DNA of 64,000 nt, from contig NC_135264.1 of NCBI RefSeq assembly GCF_964204865.1, positions 13,268,001 through 13,332,000 on the forward strand. Reading direction: 5' to 3'. Every line of letters begins with the position of its first letter. Position 1 is the stretch's first letter. Both the position numbers and the translations under genes were made by a program. The stretch is from Styela clava (taxonomy: Eukaryota). Under the pieces are notes generated by a model that worked only from the letters and a program-made list of their open reading frames with translations, ran no database searches and was not told the origin of the DNA. This document shows positions 1 to 14,253 of this stretch, one piece after another.

Positions 1-2036
1 GCAAAATGCTCAATAACGCGCTGATTAAAGTCATGCATCCCAGAAATAACGTCTCTGTGAATGGATAAAACAGCCAAGGAATTTAATCTATCTTGCTTCA
101 TTGTGTTTCTGAGATACGTTTTAATACGCTTCAGCGTGCTGAATGTTCGCTCTGCGTCGGCGGAAGAAATAGGCGTCGTCAAAATGATGTCCAGAAATTT
201 TGCAGACGCCGCAAAGGTAGTTAGTTACTAGAGTGTTATCTATGAGGAACCCATAGAGCGCGCAAGTTGATGTGATGTTCAAAAAAGTTTGATTGGTGTA
301 TATACATCGCAATTCATTTTCCAATTTACCCACGTTTATCACGGGGTAAAATTTGGAGACAGTAGCCAACAAATGGATGGGAAATTGACGTGCAAATTTT
401 GAAAAATTTTTGGGGTTCATCAAAGAGAACGCTGTAAGGTGTTCAGTGCGCAGACGATCGCCTATTTGATTCACCAGAATGTCACAGCATTCCTTTGCAG
501 ACAAAATCAAACGCTGCGTTGTTTGCCCGCGGCGTAAAGAAGCACTCCATGTGTCGTCGTATTTTATTGTTTCCCGGATACGAGATACAGCATCGCAGAA
601 GTCTGAAATACGCGACTGCACAGACGCTCCATCCATTAGTCTTGACTGCAATGCGCCGTATAATACATCCACGTGATAGAATATTGTGGAGAAAAAAGCG
701 AGAAAAAATGAAAACTCACCATCTTCTAGCAGACGCTTTAGACCTGCTGCCTCCCTCACAGAGCGTTCGTCCCAAACCGGAGAGCTCTGAATGCCATTGA
801 AACACTCAATGAGCTCAGACCTAATTTCGGACACGCCCTGCACCACGCGTGATTGGAAGTTCCAACGCGTTGGTGCACAAGCTGGGAGACGGCGGCTACA
901 TATCTGGCGAAGGAGGTCAGAGCGCTTCGGCGAAACGGAAAAAAATGAAGAAAACCCCGAAACATTTGCAAAAAATATACGGACGAGAGGGGTATCAAGA
1001 CACATATTTTTAATAACGAGGTTAAATTGGTGTGCATAACAATGTAAAAAATGCGCATGAGGAAAATCTTCTTTTATATAAACTTGAACACCATGTTTCG
1101 ACCCATTCATGACTGCCGCGCCGTCATAAGTTTGAGCTATCAATTTTGACTTCGCGTTGTAAGGCTGTAACACTTCTTTCAGTACAGCCGATATCCCGCA
1201 AGCCGTGCGATCAACGATTGGTACAAAGCTGTGAAATCTCTCGGTAGGTTTACCATCTTTCACAAACTGAAAAATCACAGCCAGTTGGGAAACGCACGTG
1301 ATGTCAGTTGTCTCGTCAGACTGAATCGAAAGGAACTGGCAATTCTCAATTTCCAGAGCCAAATGTTGTAAATAAATTTTATACATTGAGTCGAGCAAAT
1401 CATTTTGGATATCCTTAGATGTCCCTTTCGAAACAGTTGCGGCATCAAGATGATCTCTCAATACTGTATCTAGGGATGCGGTGTATTCCACCATATCCAA
1501 AAATACCCCTCTATTAGAAGAGCCAGCCCGTTCATCGTGCCCACGGAGGGACAGCTCGTGACAACCAATGAACTTCAAAACATCTATCAATCGACCGAGA
1601 ACATGGCGGTTTTTCTCGACATTTTGGTTGTGCCGACGAATAGAAACCGCGCGTCCTTCATCCAACTGTGCTGCAATATTAACATTTCCGAATGTTCGGT
1701 ATTTTACTGCATTGTCCAGATGCTCCATAGAAGATTGATGATCCCTGGCACGCTCGGAAAGATGTTTAAGATCTCTAAAACCAAATTTACACCAACGTGA
1801 GTCACGGGCGGTAGCAAAAAGTAGGCAATAAAAACAAAAAAGTGCATTTGTGTCCTCGCTGTAACACAACCATTCTTGTTTTTTATACCAAGTTTCTGCG
1901 CAGAATGTACGCCGACGCTTTCCTCCGTCATGGGATTGTTCCAGTGAACAATTTTTTGGTTGATAAGGCCCAAGACGTTGTCTCTCTAATTTTTGTTCCG
2001 GCGGCAGCTGCGAAGTAGTGCATCAACCTTATTCAT
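1..2036 (-). pseudogene. hAT transposase with two frameshifts
   Basis: TTF-type Zn finger (WLCYSEDTNALFCFYCLLF), LRGHDE, SIQSDETTD (catalytic D), YDGAAVM, HCYAHQFNL and PTRWN. The C-terminal dimerisation domain (TPISSADAERTFSTLKRIKTYLRNTMKQDRLNSLAVLSIH) lies in a shifted frame below ~218. The N-terminal MNKVDALL (ATG ~2036) is also out of frame. Confidence 0.88.
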
Positions 2037-2496
2037 TATGAGGTCTAAGGCTAAGAAATGCGAAGCCGGAAAGAAGTGAGGAGCTCAAAAGGAATGTGGA
2101 AAATCGAAAGCAAATGGACTAAAGGTCTCTAACTGATTCAAATAAAGAAATAAGCGACAAAAACGAAGGCGAGGAAACTATCAACTCTTCAAGCAACCAA
2201 CGAACGAGAAGAAATGCGTGAATATATCAACACGTTGTTGTAAGAAACGTCGGCATTGTGTAGTCATAATTTCGGGGCTAGCCCCGATGATTTAGTAAAA
2301 GAGAGAATACGATATACAATGAGCAACCGGGGCAAAATCGGCGTCGCCCCGTCGACGTTCGGCGAAGGCTTTGCGAGCGAAAAATGAACCATGTCGGGAG
2401 AATATGGCTAGTGTAGACAGTCTGTGCAACCGATATTGAGGTATTTTTCGAATATTTTTTATTATACCGAAAAGCCCTATTGACGCGCCGCCACTG
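1..2496 (-). mobile_element. hAT-superfamily DNA transposon (ZMYM1/DUF4371-like transposase), continuing past the window's left edge
   Basis: Minus-strand terminus CAGTGGCGGCGCGTCAATAGGGC ends at 2496. The interior is GC-richer than the flanking DNA and holds a transposase ORF. Confidence 0.9.
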
Positions 2497-5376
2497 GTAG
2501 TTATGATATTATGAATAGGGTATAACCTGAATTCTATTTAACTTAAAAGCGCGCAAAACATTAATATTTGTATGTTAACGAAGTTCTCAACACAAGAATT
2601 AGAGCCAGTACATTTATTTGAAATTTATTGAATATCTTTTTCAGAGCTGCACATTTGGCCCGCGCAAATGACTCAACAAGACATAGATACTTCTTTCTGG
2701 AAATGATCATCTGCACTGGCAGCTTGTCTCTTAAGTTCTCATGACAAACTTTCATAAATCGCTAAGTATTATTAATGTGATTGTATTGACATTATTTCAA
2801 TTGTTGATATATTTCACGAAGAAAGTTAGAATTTTTCACAATGCGAAACAAAAAAGATCACACTAGTTACGTTTGAAAAATTGTACATGGGAACTAGATC
2901 AAATAGCTTACTTTCGTAAAAAAACGGGATGCTGGCGAAAACAAGACACTGCTTGGGTTGGTGATTACAAATCTAAAAGATGATCTTCCAACAACTCTGT
3001 AGGTATGAGTGAATGAAGTGAATAGCATATAGAGGGATTATATCTTCTATATGAAATTAAAATATAGATAACACAGCGCAAAGCATTGTCAGTTTCAAAA
3101 TACCCACTTTTGAATTAAATATGGAAACTGATCTATGAAATTAAAAAGAGGTCGGAGGTCATTCAATGATTTTCAAAAAACGTATTATTGGCATAAAAAA
3201 TCTAAATCAAAGTAGGGCAGGTACTACGTTAGATAAAGTACTCAATAGGCCAAAAAATATGATAATATAAAAAGACTCGTCTCATATGTAAATATAGTTA
3301 CATGAAAATTATAAACCCTGAAGATTCAACTGCAAACAGCACGAAATCATTCAAAAACATTTATCACAATTCTGTCAGAAATGGCAAACACTTCCAAACA
3401 TCTGTTATAGATAAGAATATGCAAAAGGAGCATTGTCATATCACTTTCCACTCTAAACCTACTTTTAACAAGAAGAGATCAGAAACCCCTGGAAAAACTT
3501 GACTGGTTTAAAATGTAAAACAAATTCAAATAGTCAGGTTTAGTCGCAATGTTAGTGCTGTATTATTATACCATGGTTGAAGTCTGCCACAAAAAAATAC
3601 CTAATTAGATACCTTCAAAAAAACTATAACCGAAATTTTTTGAGTTCAGTTTAAAAATTCAATTCTAATAATTAGCTTTTAAATGTAGTTGAAGAATATG
3701 TATAAACTGTGAGGTTAGGATTTATTAGCATAGGTTGTGATCAAATGCATTGTTAAAAGAAAAAAGCACAAAGCACAAAATAATTATGAACATGATATGC
3801 ATTGTATGGGCTATATGGTGATTAATAAAAAAGAAGTGCATTGTATACATAATTCTCTTCTTCAATGCAAAGAGGTGCATGCTAAAATAAGAAATCAAAA
3901 AAGGTTTCCATGGGAAATGTGACCACAAAATTATAGTATTATTAATCATATGTAAAATATCTTAATTGATTTAGTAAATATTTATGATAAAAAAAGTACT
4001 TTTGTCAGACTTTAGTATCATAACACATATTGGGGTTAGTGCATATTAATGACAGAAAACACAAATGCAGTAAAAAGTACTCAGTAAATTTACTATAAAT
4101 CCATAGTAAATCAGAAACTTCTAAAATCTCATATGGGTTGGCGTTTTTTAGGTTCAATGAACATAAGGAACACTTTTGAGATTGTTGAATAAAAATTCAA
4201 AATATTTCAAAAAAATAGAAAGTACAAAAGTATATATATCATTCAAATTACAGTACCTGGTAAACAAAAAATTGTGTTTGTACTAACCTTTATACAACAT
4301 TTTTTTATCTTAATTGTGCCAAGAAATTATTACCGAAATTTTTTAAATGCTATAAAATTATTTTTTATAAAATTTGTAGAACATTCCTAACACATAACAT
4401 TTGGCAGTTTTCTGTGAGTTGTGAGTTTTCTGTTTCTTTCATGATTTATATCTATTTTTGATCAAGTATATTTAAAAAAAAATATATTGTTATCTAACCA
4501 AATTAGGGCAAAATTGCCCCATTTCAGGAACATAATAAAATACCTTTTATTTATTTTTAAATTAATATGATAATAAAGGAGCACAAAGACCTGTGCAAAC
4601 TAACCAGACAATAAGAAACAATAGTAGTATTTATCAAGTGCCTGACAACATAAGACATCAAAAGCTGGTAAAAAAACTAGAAAAAAAAAGATGAAAAAAA
4701 AATTTAAAATATCATTAGTATCATAAAAGCAAATAGAAATTTGTGAAGAAAAAAATAACATATATACATTGCAAATGCAAAAAAATATCTAAATACTTTC
4801 TTAGAAGATATTTTGATGCACGTTTGCATCCATAAGACCTTTTTTATCTGATTTATACTCAAATTATAAGTGTAATAAAATTTAGCACTGTGACAACACG
4901 GCCATGAGGTATAATAGGTGACTGAAGAATCTAATATGATCAAAAACTCAAATTATTAGAATATGTACATTTCATGAATTTTTATAAAGATTTTCGAATA
5001 AAATGTACTTTCATGTGGGAGATTGGTAGAACAATGTTAAAGTTTACTATATTCTAAACTCAAGATGGAATTTGAAAAACAAATTCAAAAGAATTGAAGA
5101 TTGAGATTATGGGCAACTCTTTTTGATACAGTACTATTATCCTTATCTCCTTCAGTCAAGAAAGGACTGGATAGATAGGCTGAAATCGAAATTTTTGTGA
5201 GAATGACCAAAACATATAAAATATTGCAAAACAGAAAATGCATTATTTTTAAAATAAAAAAAGGGAAAATTTAAAAGCTTTACACACTAACTATACAACT
5301 TATACCAAATCATCATAAAAAAAAAACATTTCAATCAAGTTTCGCAAACAAAAACTCTCTTGTGCAATGATATTAA

Positions 5377-8300
5377 CTAGTCTCCTTCCTCTTCTGATAT
5401 TTCTTGAAGATAGATATTTGATTCAGACTTTATTCTTGATATTCTATGAGTTCGATGATGAATTCTCGCTGTTTCAGGAAGCCCACACGAACAAAGATGT
5501 TTACCTGCAAGTGAATATTATACTATACTGATTAGATTGTCCAAATGTCTACGGTGATTTAAGACAGGGTGACCCAAAAACAAAAAAAATAAAAAAAATT
5601 TTATTTAACACTTGAACATCTGTTCGTGTATTCTGATTGTTTAGTAATGTAGGACACTTTGCACGAAAGTTATGTTTTTTTCTAGAATATTTTCCACATG
5701 ATCTTGATGCTGTTATTTTTTTTGAAGAATGGATGCAATAAATTGCATGCAATAAAATCAACTATTTCATAATTAACAACAAATTTATTATAATAATTAT
5801 GATCTTTCGTATTAATTTGAAACCTAATACGGCACAAAACTTCATTATAAAGCTCTTTTGAAAAATTTGTAAAACAATACCTTGTAATAAAGGTTCCTCA
5901 TGTACATGATCATCTTTAACAGAAGAATGGATGACTTTTCCAACAATGTATCCATACATTACAATGATAATATAATAAACACATATTTCGAATAGTGTTG
6001 GATATTCTTCCTGCGAAAAAAGTAAAAATGATTTTTCAACTATTTAGTATTAGTTGAATATTTTTTACGCAGCTTTTAGAAGTCATTCAGGAAGTTTGAT
6101 ACATAATAACTACAGGAATAAACTCTAATTAAAGGTGAAATGGGGTACTTCCATAGTGTGTGGACCGCGTTAGGGTTAGGCCATAAATTTCCTTATTTTA
6201 GTTCTATTACGAGTTCGGAGACTGTCTGTGTTAGCCAAGTGAATATACCCCCTGCCCATAGGTTTCAGTTCCTTTACATAACTTGATGTAAAGTAGGTGA
6301 ACAAAATTAGTTACCTACATATTGGTACACACACTTCTGGTGTGCCGAAAATAGGATTGCCAAAACCAAATAATATATCAGTCAGTGTACATTCTGAAAT
6401 AATGGAGGCTCTACTTCCCAGTGGGTTGCGAGAAGGCTCAATGGGGGTGAAATCAATGAGGATAAAACCTTTTTCGACACTGACTTATGTTAAAACAAGA
6501 TATCAATCAAATTAGAAAGATTTGGACCCGGTACCGAGACCCACCATCATCGAAATGGAGCCAAGATTTTATTTTCTGTACGAGAATATGCAAGCAGTTT
6601 TAATAAAGGTATTGTCCATTTTATTTTTTTTTAATCTTCTCTGCATTATTAAATGTTACTTTATTTTTATTTTGGTTTCCGAGGGTTGCAAAACATTTTG
6701 GCTGTGTCAAGTGGGTCGTGATGATAAAAGTTTGAAAACACTGCTCTAATGTATTCTAAAACAATGTTTCATAAGCAATTCTAAAATGGCTTTTACAAAA
6801 TGTTTCATAATTTAAACAAATAAAAAACTGTGAAATGGGGTGTACTATTAACATTAGCAATCACATGAAACAAAACATAAGACACCTTTCATTAGATTAG
6901 TCAAATGGTAAAGCTGTGACGATTTCCTGTGACAAACTAAAACCAGATCATGTTGTGTAACAAGACGAACATCGTAATATCATACTAATATGACTCAAGT
7001 AATTATCTTGTAAAAAAATTTTTGCTTATGTTATACAATATTAAACGTCGATAGAGAAAAGTTATTTAAGCATGATTCATTCATGATCAAAGAAATGACT
7101 ACGCAAAACTCAGTGTGCGATACGTTATGAAAAAAAACAAATGGGTTCAAATAATAAAATTGTTTCAAATCATATGACATATTACAAAGCAAAAAATATA
7201 TATTTTACCTGTTGTTGCAAGACACTCCATGGCCCTTCTGTGACATCATAATACACTCCCCAAACTTCACAATAGGCAGCAAATGCAGTTAAAATGTGAA
7301 ACCACATATGCGAATGCCCTGTGAAAACAATAACTGAACCTTAGTAAATGTAGAGGGTGTTTTTGATACTTTTTTGTGTCTCATCGCACCAATAACATCT
7401 AAATTTGCTCAGCACACATAAACTATGCATTGAATTTTTTTTATGGAAATCTTCATATATCGGGGTTATCATTACTAAAACAGTAGAGATTTTCAAAATT
7501 TTTATGTGAACACACCGTGACGTCAGATTTGCTTTCTTTTATAGTCTGAAATATTTAATTTGGTTTGACCGCCCTCAAAAATAATATGTTACATAATGCC
7601 AAACAATATGAAAAGATAACAATGGTTAAAACGAATACCGAAAGCATCACTATTCATAGGTTAATGATAAACCGACGATATCTGATTGTGTTTGCTCTGT
7701 TTCTATTAATAGATTGATTGAACAAACATGCGAAAAAGAATATGGAGGATATGATTTTAACATATGTTCTTTGTGTCACCTAAAAATTAACTTCACAAAT
7801 TCAATTATGGTGGATCAAAATTGGGGAAAATTGAAGTTAATGAACTGTAACACAGGGTTAAAAATGAAATAATTTCCGGTAGGATAATTTTTTTTATCCA
7901 TAGACAAATTAGGGTCGATTACCTGAAGTAACTTGAAATAATGAAGAATAAAACTGTACAACAAGTATGGGACATATATGATGCATAAAGTAATATCATG
8001 CAATGATCGACCTCCATGCTTGTTTGAATTAAATTTCAGACATAATACATCATTATCCAATTACCAACATAAGGGTTTCAAGACAATAACTTTGTCTGCT
8101 AAAGAATTTCTTATTGTCTTATGATTTGTCTATTGGGAAAGAGGAAAGACCCTACATAAGGATCATAACACATAAAAGAACAGTATGGCATTGACTGAAT
8201 ACCATGGAATGGAAACATAAAACCGAACATTATTGGGATAAAAAACATATTCCCAATTTTTCAATAAAGATTATTTAATCAAAAAAGCAATGAGCATGCT

Positions 8301-11300
8301 AAGCCTATCAATATTTAACATTTTACAAATATTACTCGCACACCTAATAAAGGGTTTAGTTTCAGAATGCAGGCTGAGGAATGATAAATAATCAACTTAT
8401 AATAAATATAAAGGTAATGAAAATGTTTACCAGACAACTACCAATACTAAAGTACCATCATATTTAAAAAAAAGATTGATGGAAAAAAATTAGAATTTAT
8501 TATATTCCTGACAAAAAAAAATTGATCGTACCGAATACATCAAATTTTCCCGGAAAAAATCGTTGTGGGAAATCCAGCCCATACACGGCTGGTGCAAGAA
8601 ACATAGAAGGTAATGCAATACCATGCCACCATAAAGATGCTTCAGATTTACCGGTGGAGAAATTGTCGTACATTCTGAAGAAAAAAAAATAAAGATTTAG
8701 ACTTCGTAAGTAATTCCTAATGCACATGAAAGGAACACATAAAATATCCACAACAGATAAAATTTTGACGCATAATCAGAAAATTTTACATGCTTTATAT
8801 GGTACATACTTCAATAAGCGAAATTTTCAATTTTAGTATGAAATTTTCACATTCATAAAAAAAATATTCATATTAATACGAATAAGAAGGCTTAATCATA
8901 TGGCAAACTTGTCTGGCCTCTCGTCTGGTTACCGGTCCAAGCCAGGTATAAAAATATTTAACCAGTTACTCATTTCACATGTATGGACATTAAAACATTC
9001 TAGACATTCAGTATATTAGATTCGATTTTTTCAAAAACAGTGGTCCTTACCTAGATGTTCATAGAAAAACCTTGATCCGAGTGAAATGCATATAAAATAA
9101 CATATAAAAAATTTAATAAATTTTTTTTTAGGTTAGATTAAACATAGAAAATTATTCCTCTCACCTTAAATATAATGGTATAGCCCCAAAAGCATAGCCA
9201 AATCCATTAACGAAAACTTTTAATTGACGACTTAACTTTAAAGAAACCCATTTCCCTCCAGTTTGAGTCAGACAAAGGCAAGTATAACCGACGGTCACAA
9301 TCAAAGTGGAAATTTTGAGATAGTGACTTGAAAATCTAAAAAAAAGAGTAGCATATAATTTTATCCTGGGGGAGAGGAAAGCTGATAATACAGCTTGATC
9401 ACATGGCAAACCACAGCCTCTCGTCTGGTCTCGTTAAATTGTTTGTATTAATAGCTTATAAATGAAGACTTACATTTTAAAATATTCGAGATGTGCTCCA
9501 CTATAAAAATTAGTGGAAAGTGAAGCGAATGCAAATAGTGAGATTCCAAAATAATCAGCAACGAACCAACAACTATGGTGAAGACTTGATCTGAAAAATC
9601 AACAACGAAAAAGATAATTAGACAAAAGATTTTAAATTCATTTTGGAAGGAAAGAAAATAAACGTGACTCAAATTAATTTTGCACACCAGCAGGGCTGTA
9701 CACAGAATATTTGCGTCAATTATTAATTCCGAACACTTGGGTTAATTGAAAAAAAGATATTAATTCCCTGTCCAATGTTGACAAAAATCTCTTATTAAAT
9801 GTCAACAAGTAAAAATCAGAAATTTGGCTATTTGACTCGAGAGAGTCTGAAATGATATGACTCATATTATGCAGCCCTGCATATAATGTCATCTACTTAT
9901 CTCGTCCATTAGTCTGATATAAATAAACCAGTCATATTTATTCAATCTCAGCACCTCTGTGTATCGAATATCAATATAATTTTTCATAAATATTTATATT
10001 ATTCTTGGTTTTATCCTGAAGGCATTTTTAGGGAAGGCTTGACATTCCATCACTGAAATTTGATTATCTAACGATAAAACAAAGTGGTCAATTTTTTATT
10101 CAAGTTGAATCCGAAATCGAAAACTTTTTGAATGATGACCGAGTATTATGCCACTTTCATAACATATCTCAATGTGAGAGAGTTTTTTTACTCAAGAAGA
10201 GTTACTATCCCTGTTTGAGCCATTTTCAATGTCAATAATAAAATAATGTAAAAAACAGAAAATATTTACTTGGAGTGGAACAAATGAGCCGACGCACTGA
10301 AGAAACATAGCAATGTACCGGCCGTTAGAACAAGAAATAATGGCCAAGCATGAATGATGTTGATTTCCTGCAAAAAATTAAATCAAACTTATCATTTTAG
10401 GAATTGAAGAAAGAAGATTGTTCACAATATGTAGTTGAGGGTGTAATTTTCAGAATTCCGAATCTAAGCGATTCAAAGCATTGGCCCACTAATTAAAGCT
10501 CTATGGTGGCATCTTATAAATATTAATTAAGCAAAATGTTACATTCCATACCGTTTAAAGTTCCATGAATAAATGAATTTCATAATTTATAATTGAAGAA
10601 ACTGTACCTGAGAAAAGGCAAAAAGTAGATAGAAAAAGTATATTGAAGGTATAAGGTGCGTCCACACATTCATAAACTCATAGGAAGGAGTGTAAAGCCC
10701 TCTCAAGTAGTAACTGTTAAAATACAATTTAGAATTATTATACAAATTAAAATTATAAATTAAGAAAACATTAAAAATATAACAACTTATTACCTTTTTT
10801 TAAAACTTATTTTATTCAAAAGGTTTGATATTGCTACATGCCATAAAGTTTTACAGTTCGAATACATGCCTAAGGTGCCCCCAGAAAACAGGAACCAGGT
10901 CACCTAGCAAGAACATATTCTAAAGAGACCATAACAGTAGATTACTGAAACCTCTGGTTACAATCATACACAAATAAAAGTTCAAGTGTTAAATAAATAA
11001 TTTTCTTCATTTTTTGATCAAGAAATTTATGGGTTATGTTTTTTGGGGCCTCAATTAAGATTTTAATCTGGTATGTACTCATGGCTTCACATTCTGTAAC
11101 TAAACTTTTTTGATCATCTAGCGATAAAGCGAAGATTGTCCCTTCAATATTCCCCTTCCCATGACTGTGTTCGGCAATGTACAATTTCATCATAAATGTT
11201 AAAAAAGTCTCACCTCCATGGCATGAATGGTAAAAGATATCCATATTCGATATAAGGTTCTTGAATAACTTCTGGAACTTGAGACCGATGTACTTTCATT

Positions 11301-11809
11301 GCATGTTTCCAGCTTGAAATATGAGCATGATGGTCGTGATTGCATGTCCTAATGCAGCCTTGACTATGGCTTCGCCAAAGTCTTGCGTTCTTCGGATTAC
11401 GATGAACAACATTATTGTTTTCTTCATGTAATCGTTTGTTTGTTTCGAAAGACGTAAAGAGAACGTTATCATCGACAGTTTGTTTGTTTTCAACATTAAT
11501 TTTAACTTTGTTTTCATTGTATGGTGGTAAGACTATTTCAGCAATTTTAGTCTTCAGGTCGGTGAATACGTTCAATGCATTATCCAAAATAGAAAAGTTT
11601 CTGCTGTTTTTGTGTTTTGTTATTCCGTGCGATCCATTCCCGATAGCGTAATCTCGGACTCTATTTATTTTTTCAATTAGGCATGATATAATTTCTAGTC
11701 CTCCAATTGCCACTCTTAGACCTTGTATAGGACTCTGAATATTTCCTAGAAAATTTTCCTCATTAGAATTGCAATTCTTTGTTTCCTCATGTTTCATATG
11801 CGACGCCAT
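5377..11809 (-). CDS. PAQR-family (membrane progestin receptor-like) 7TM protein, ~532 aa. Coding exons 11809-11214, 10713-10608, 10367-10270, 9590-9474, 9335-9165, 8674-8532, 7318-7209, 6010-5881, 5504-5377
   Basis: All introns are GT-AG with consistent phases. PAQR motifs: VPEVIQEPYIEYGY, EFMNVWTH, SASAHLFHSK, ADYFGI, FPQRFFPGKFDVFGHSHMWFH. Confidence 0.9.
6144..6346. mobile_element. ~200-bp GGTAC...GCGCC MITE (putatively Merlin-like), copy in a PAQR intron
   Basis: Shares termini and interior (TTAGGGTTAGG, GTTCTATTACGAGTTCGG, AAAATTAGTTACCT) with more than 10 other copies in the window. Confidence 0.8.
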
Positions 11810-12444
11810 GACAACATACTTCAAAGAGAGACAACTAACTAATCAATACCTAAAAATATAGAAAGTTAACGTTAGATTTCACATTAAAGATTAATTAATG
11901 CTTAAAAGGTTGTGATTAACATGATCTATTCTTATCTTGAATTACTTTACTTATTAGATATAAAGATAGAGCAGTTAATGCACGTCAGTAGCCTAATCAA
12001 TGGTTAATTTAATTATGATATATGATTCATCATACGTTGTGGTATAAGTTATGTTGCGTCTACATGAATTCAAAATGAATCAGAGACGCTTTTTTTACAC
12101 TCGACTCAATAATTAAAATTTTAATCTCATTTGAATCATTTAAATTATGGAGGTCATATTTTGAAACATATTTATTACAGAAACAAATGGGTTATATTAA
12201 TATTTTAAAAAGCTGATAATTGGAAGATGATATCTGTAATGAATCACACATATCGGTAATATGTTCAATTTAAAAGTAGTTGATATTAGATATGGTAAAA
12301 TGTCGATTTTGTAAATAATTTAAAATAATTCCATATCAAAATTGTCAATTCCAGCATTGAGTTACAAAAAATAGAAATCATTTTACTTAGTTCCTTATAA
12401 AAATTAGGATATCAATAAAACAACAATTTTTATATCATATTAAA

Positions 12445-13161
12445 CGGTCTTACTACTTACTGAATACAGCGCGAAACACCGCAAAGAGCGCAAAACAGCG
12501 CAAAACAGAGGGAAACAACGCAAAACAGTGTGGAAACAGCGCAAAACAGCGCGAAAGAGCGCAAAACAGAGGGAAACAGTGTGAAGCAGAAAAAAATTTT
12601 GCAATGAGTTCGGGGCACCTTGTTTTGAGTTGGAGTACCACGGCAGCAAATTAAAAACACAAACCAACGTATGTAGCCAGTAATGCTGTAATGGCAGGTG
12701 CCCCTGTTGGTGACACATTTCGGGTACCATAATTTAGAACATTTTCCACATTGATATGGTTGGCTTTAGGGTTAGGGTTAGATAAAAAGGGACCTCCAGA
12801 AGTATGTGCACCAAGATGGCGCACAACCTGAAAATAGTATGTGTGTGTGTAGCGGATTCAGGTTGTGCGACATTTTGCTGCACATACTTTTGGAGCACCA
12901 AAAAGGTAGATAAAATTTCGCGTGATGACCTATACTCCGGTACATAACCTTGTAAATAGCGCCATAAAACCATGGCGAGAGGCGCCGTGGTTCTTTCGTG
13001 GCAGGAGGTGGTAATGACTGCGTCTTCTGTTTTGCGCTGTTTCCCTCTGTTTTGCGCTGGTTTCCTCTGTTTTGAGCTGTTTCGCGCTATTTTGCGCTGT
13101 TTCGCGCTCTTTTGCGCTGTTTTGCGGTGTTTCGCGCTGTATTCAGTAAGTAGTAAGACCC
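12445..13161. mobile_element. Foldback/Mutator-like non-autonomous element with long repetitive TIRs
   Basis: GGTCTTACTACTTACTGAATACAGCGCGAAACACCGCAAA is inverted at both ends, with arrays of ~10-bp GCGCAAAACA repeats. Perfect 9-bp TSD CATATTAAA at 12436-12444 and 13162-13170. Confidence 0.88.
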
Positions 13162-13896
13162 CATATTAAATTTCCACAAATTAAAAATATTTTTGTAAAA
13201 AAGGGTCTCCATTAATTAAATAATTAAAAACATATTCGATATTACATAAATCGAGAATACTATTTTGAAAATTTATTCAAAATAATGAATTAATCAATTT
13301 TTCACTATTTTTGATTGCCACTGTAGGCTATAATTTTAAAAAATATGATGCAAAAGTTTTTTTAAAATTTTGGTGGATTCAAGAATTCTTTCAAAGAAAC
13401 AGATGGACTTAGTAAATACTTGGAGTTATAAAAATTTGAGCTTGTCACTTCCCTCTCCTTCTACAGTTTTACGCATATGGCTCTGAACAAAGCTGTGCAA
13501 AAGCAGCCACTGCTAGGTACCATAAGGAGGTTCTATCGTTCAAATAACAAAAATCTTTCTAGTTTAGCATTACTTATCCGAAATATTGCTGTATTGGGTA
13601 GGTAGTGGGCACTGGATTTGAACCAAATATTCTGACGTTCAAGGCTTTTGCTGTATCAATGTGTACAAATATACCGCACATTCAGACATTTCTGTATTTG
13701 TACCGATACTAGTTCGCAGATGCCGTACGGTATGAGTTGATAATTACAGGTGACAAAACAAATTCTTGCCGAAAGCAAAAACTAGAGAAAGATAGGATTT
13801 CCATATTTCTGTATTTATTTGGCTAGTATTACTATTACATTGCCGTCGTGTTCCTGTATTACAGACTATTTGTAATATGAAAAGTCACACAAAAAG

Positions 13897-14253
13897 TAGG
13901 ATAGGAGGATAGGATTTACATATTTATCCCGGGGGAGAGGAAAACCGATAAGACGGCTTATCCATATGGCGAACCACGGCCTCTCGTCCGATTACCATTC
14001 CAAGTTTGGTATGGGATTAGTTTTTACTGTATTGTTTGTTTTCGGAAGCATGGACTTGGTGGTGGAGGAAGCCGTAACCGACCAGCGGTTACGTGAACCA
14101 CCCAACGACGGCGAGGAGTCCAGCAATCCTCTCGCACATAACCATCCCTGCATGGGATTCGAACCTGCGAACCCACGCAGAGTAATTAGAGGTGCGTGGC
14201 GAGCGTATTCCTAACGCAGTAACGCTTAGCCCGTTGAGCCACACCGCCGCGCC
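13897..14253 (-). mobile_element. tRNA-derived SINE, near full length
   Basis: On the minus strand: A box TGGCTCAACGG, B box GGTTCGAATCC and an (ATCCT)n-like tail. Truncated or decayed copies at ~8890-8950, 9350-9430, 16290-16520, 32040-32150 and 50750-50875. Confidence 0.85.

Noticed and set aside
2561-5300. Short 60-80-aa ORFs in the AT-rich region
   Set aside because: Low-complexity composition, no homology or splice support; likely PAQR 3'UTR or intergenic DNA.
6165-6182. Interstitial telomere
   Set aside because: Only two TTAGGG units, always embedded in MITEs.
12446-12600. Short regular repeats and Cys/Phe/Arg-rich ORFs (12440-12730, 12972-13169) as a CRISPR array or protein
   Set aside because: No unique spacers; these are subterminal repeats of a foldback TIR, and the DNA is eukaryotic.
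14150-14253. tRNA gene
   Set aside because: It has A and B boxes but no clean cloverleaf, and it continues into a repeated body and tail, so it is a SINE head.
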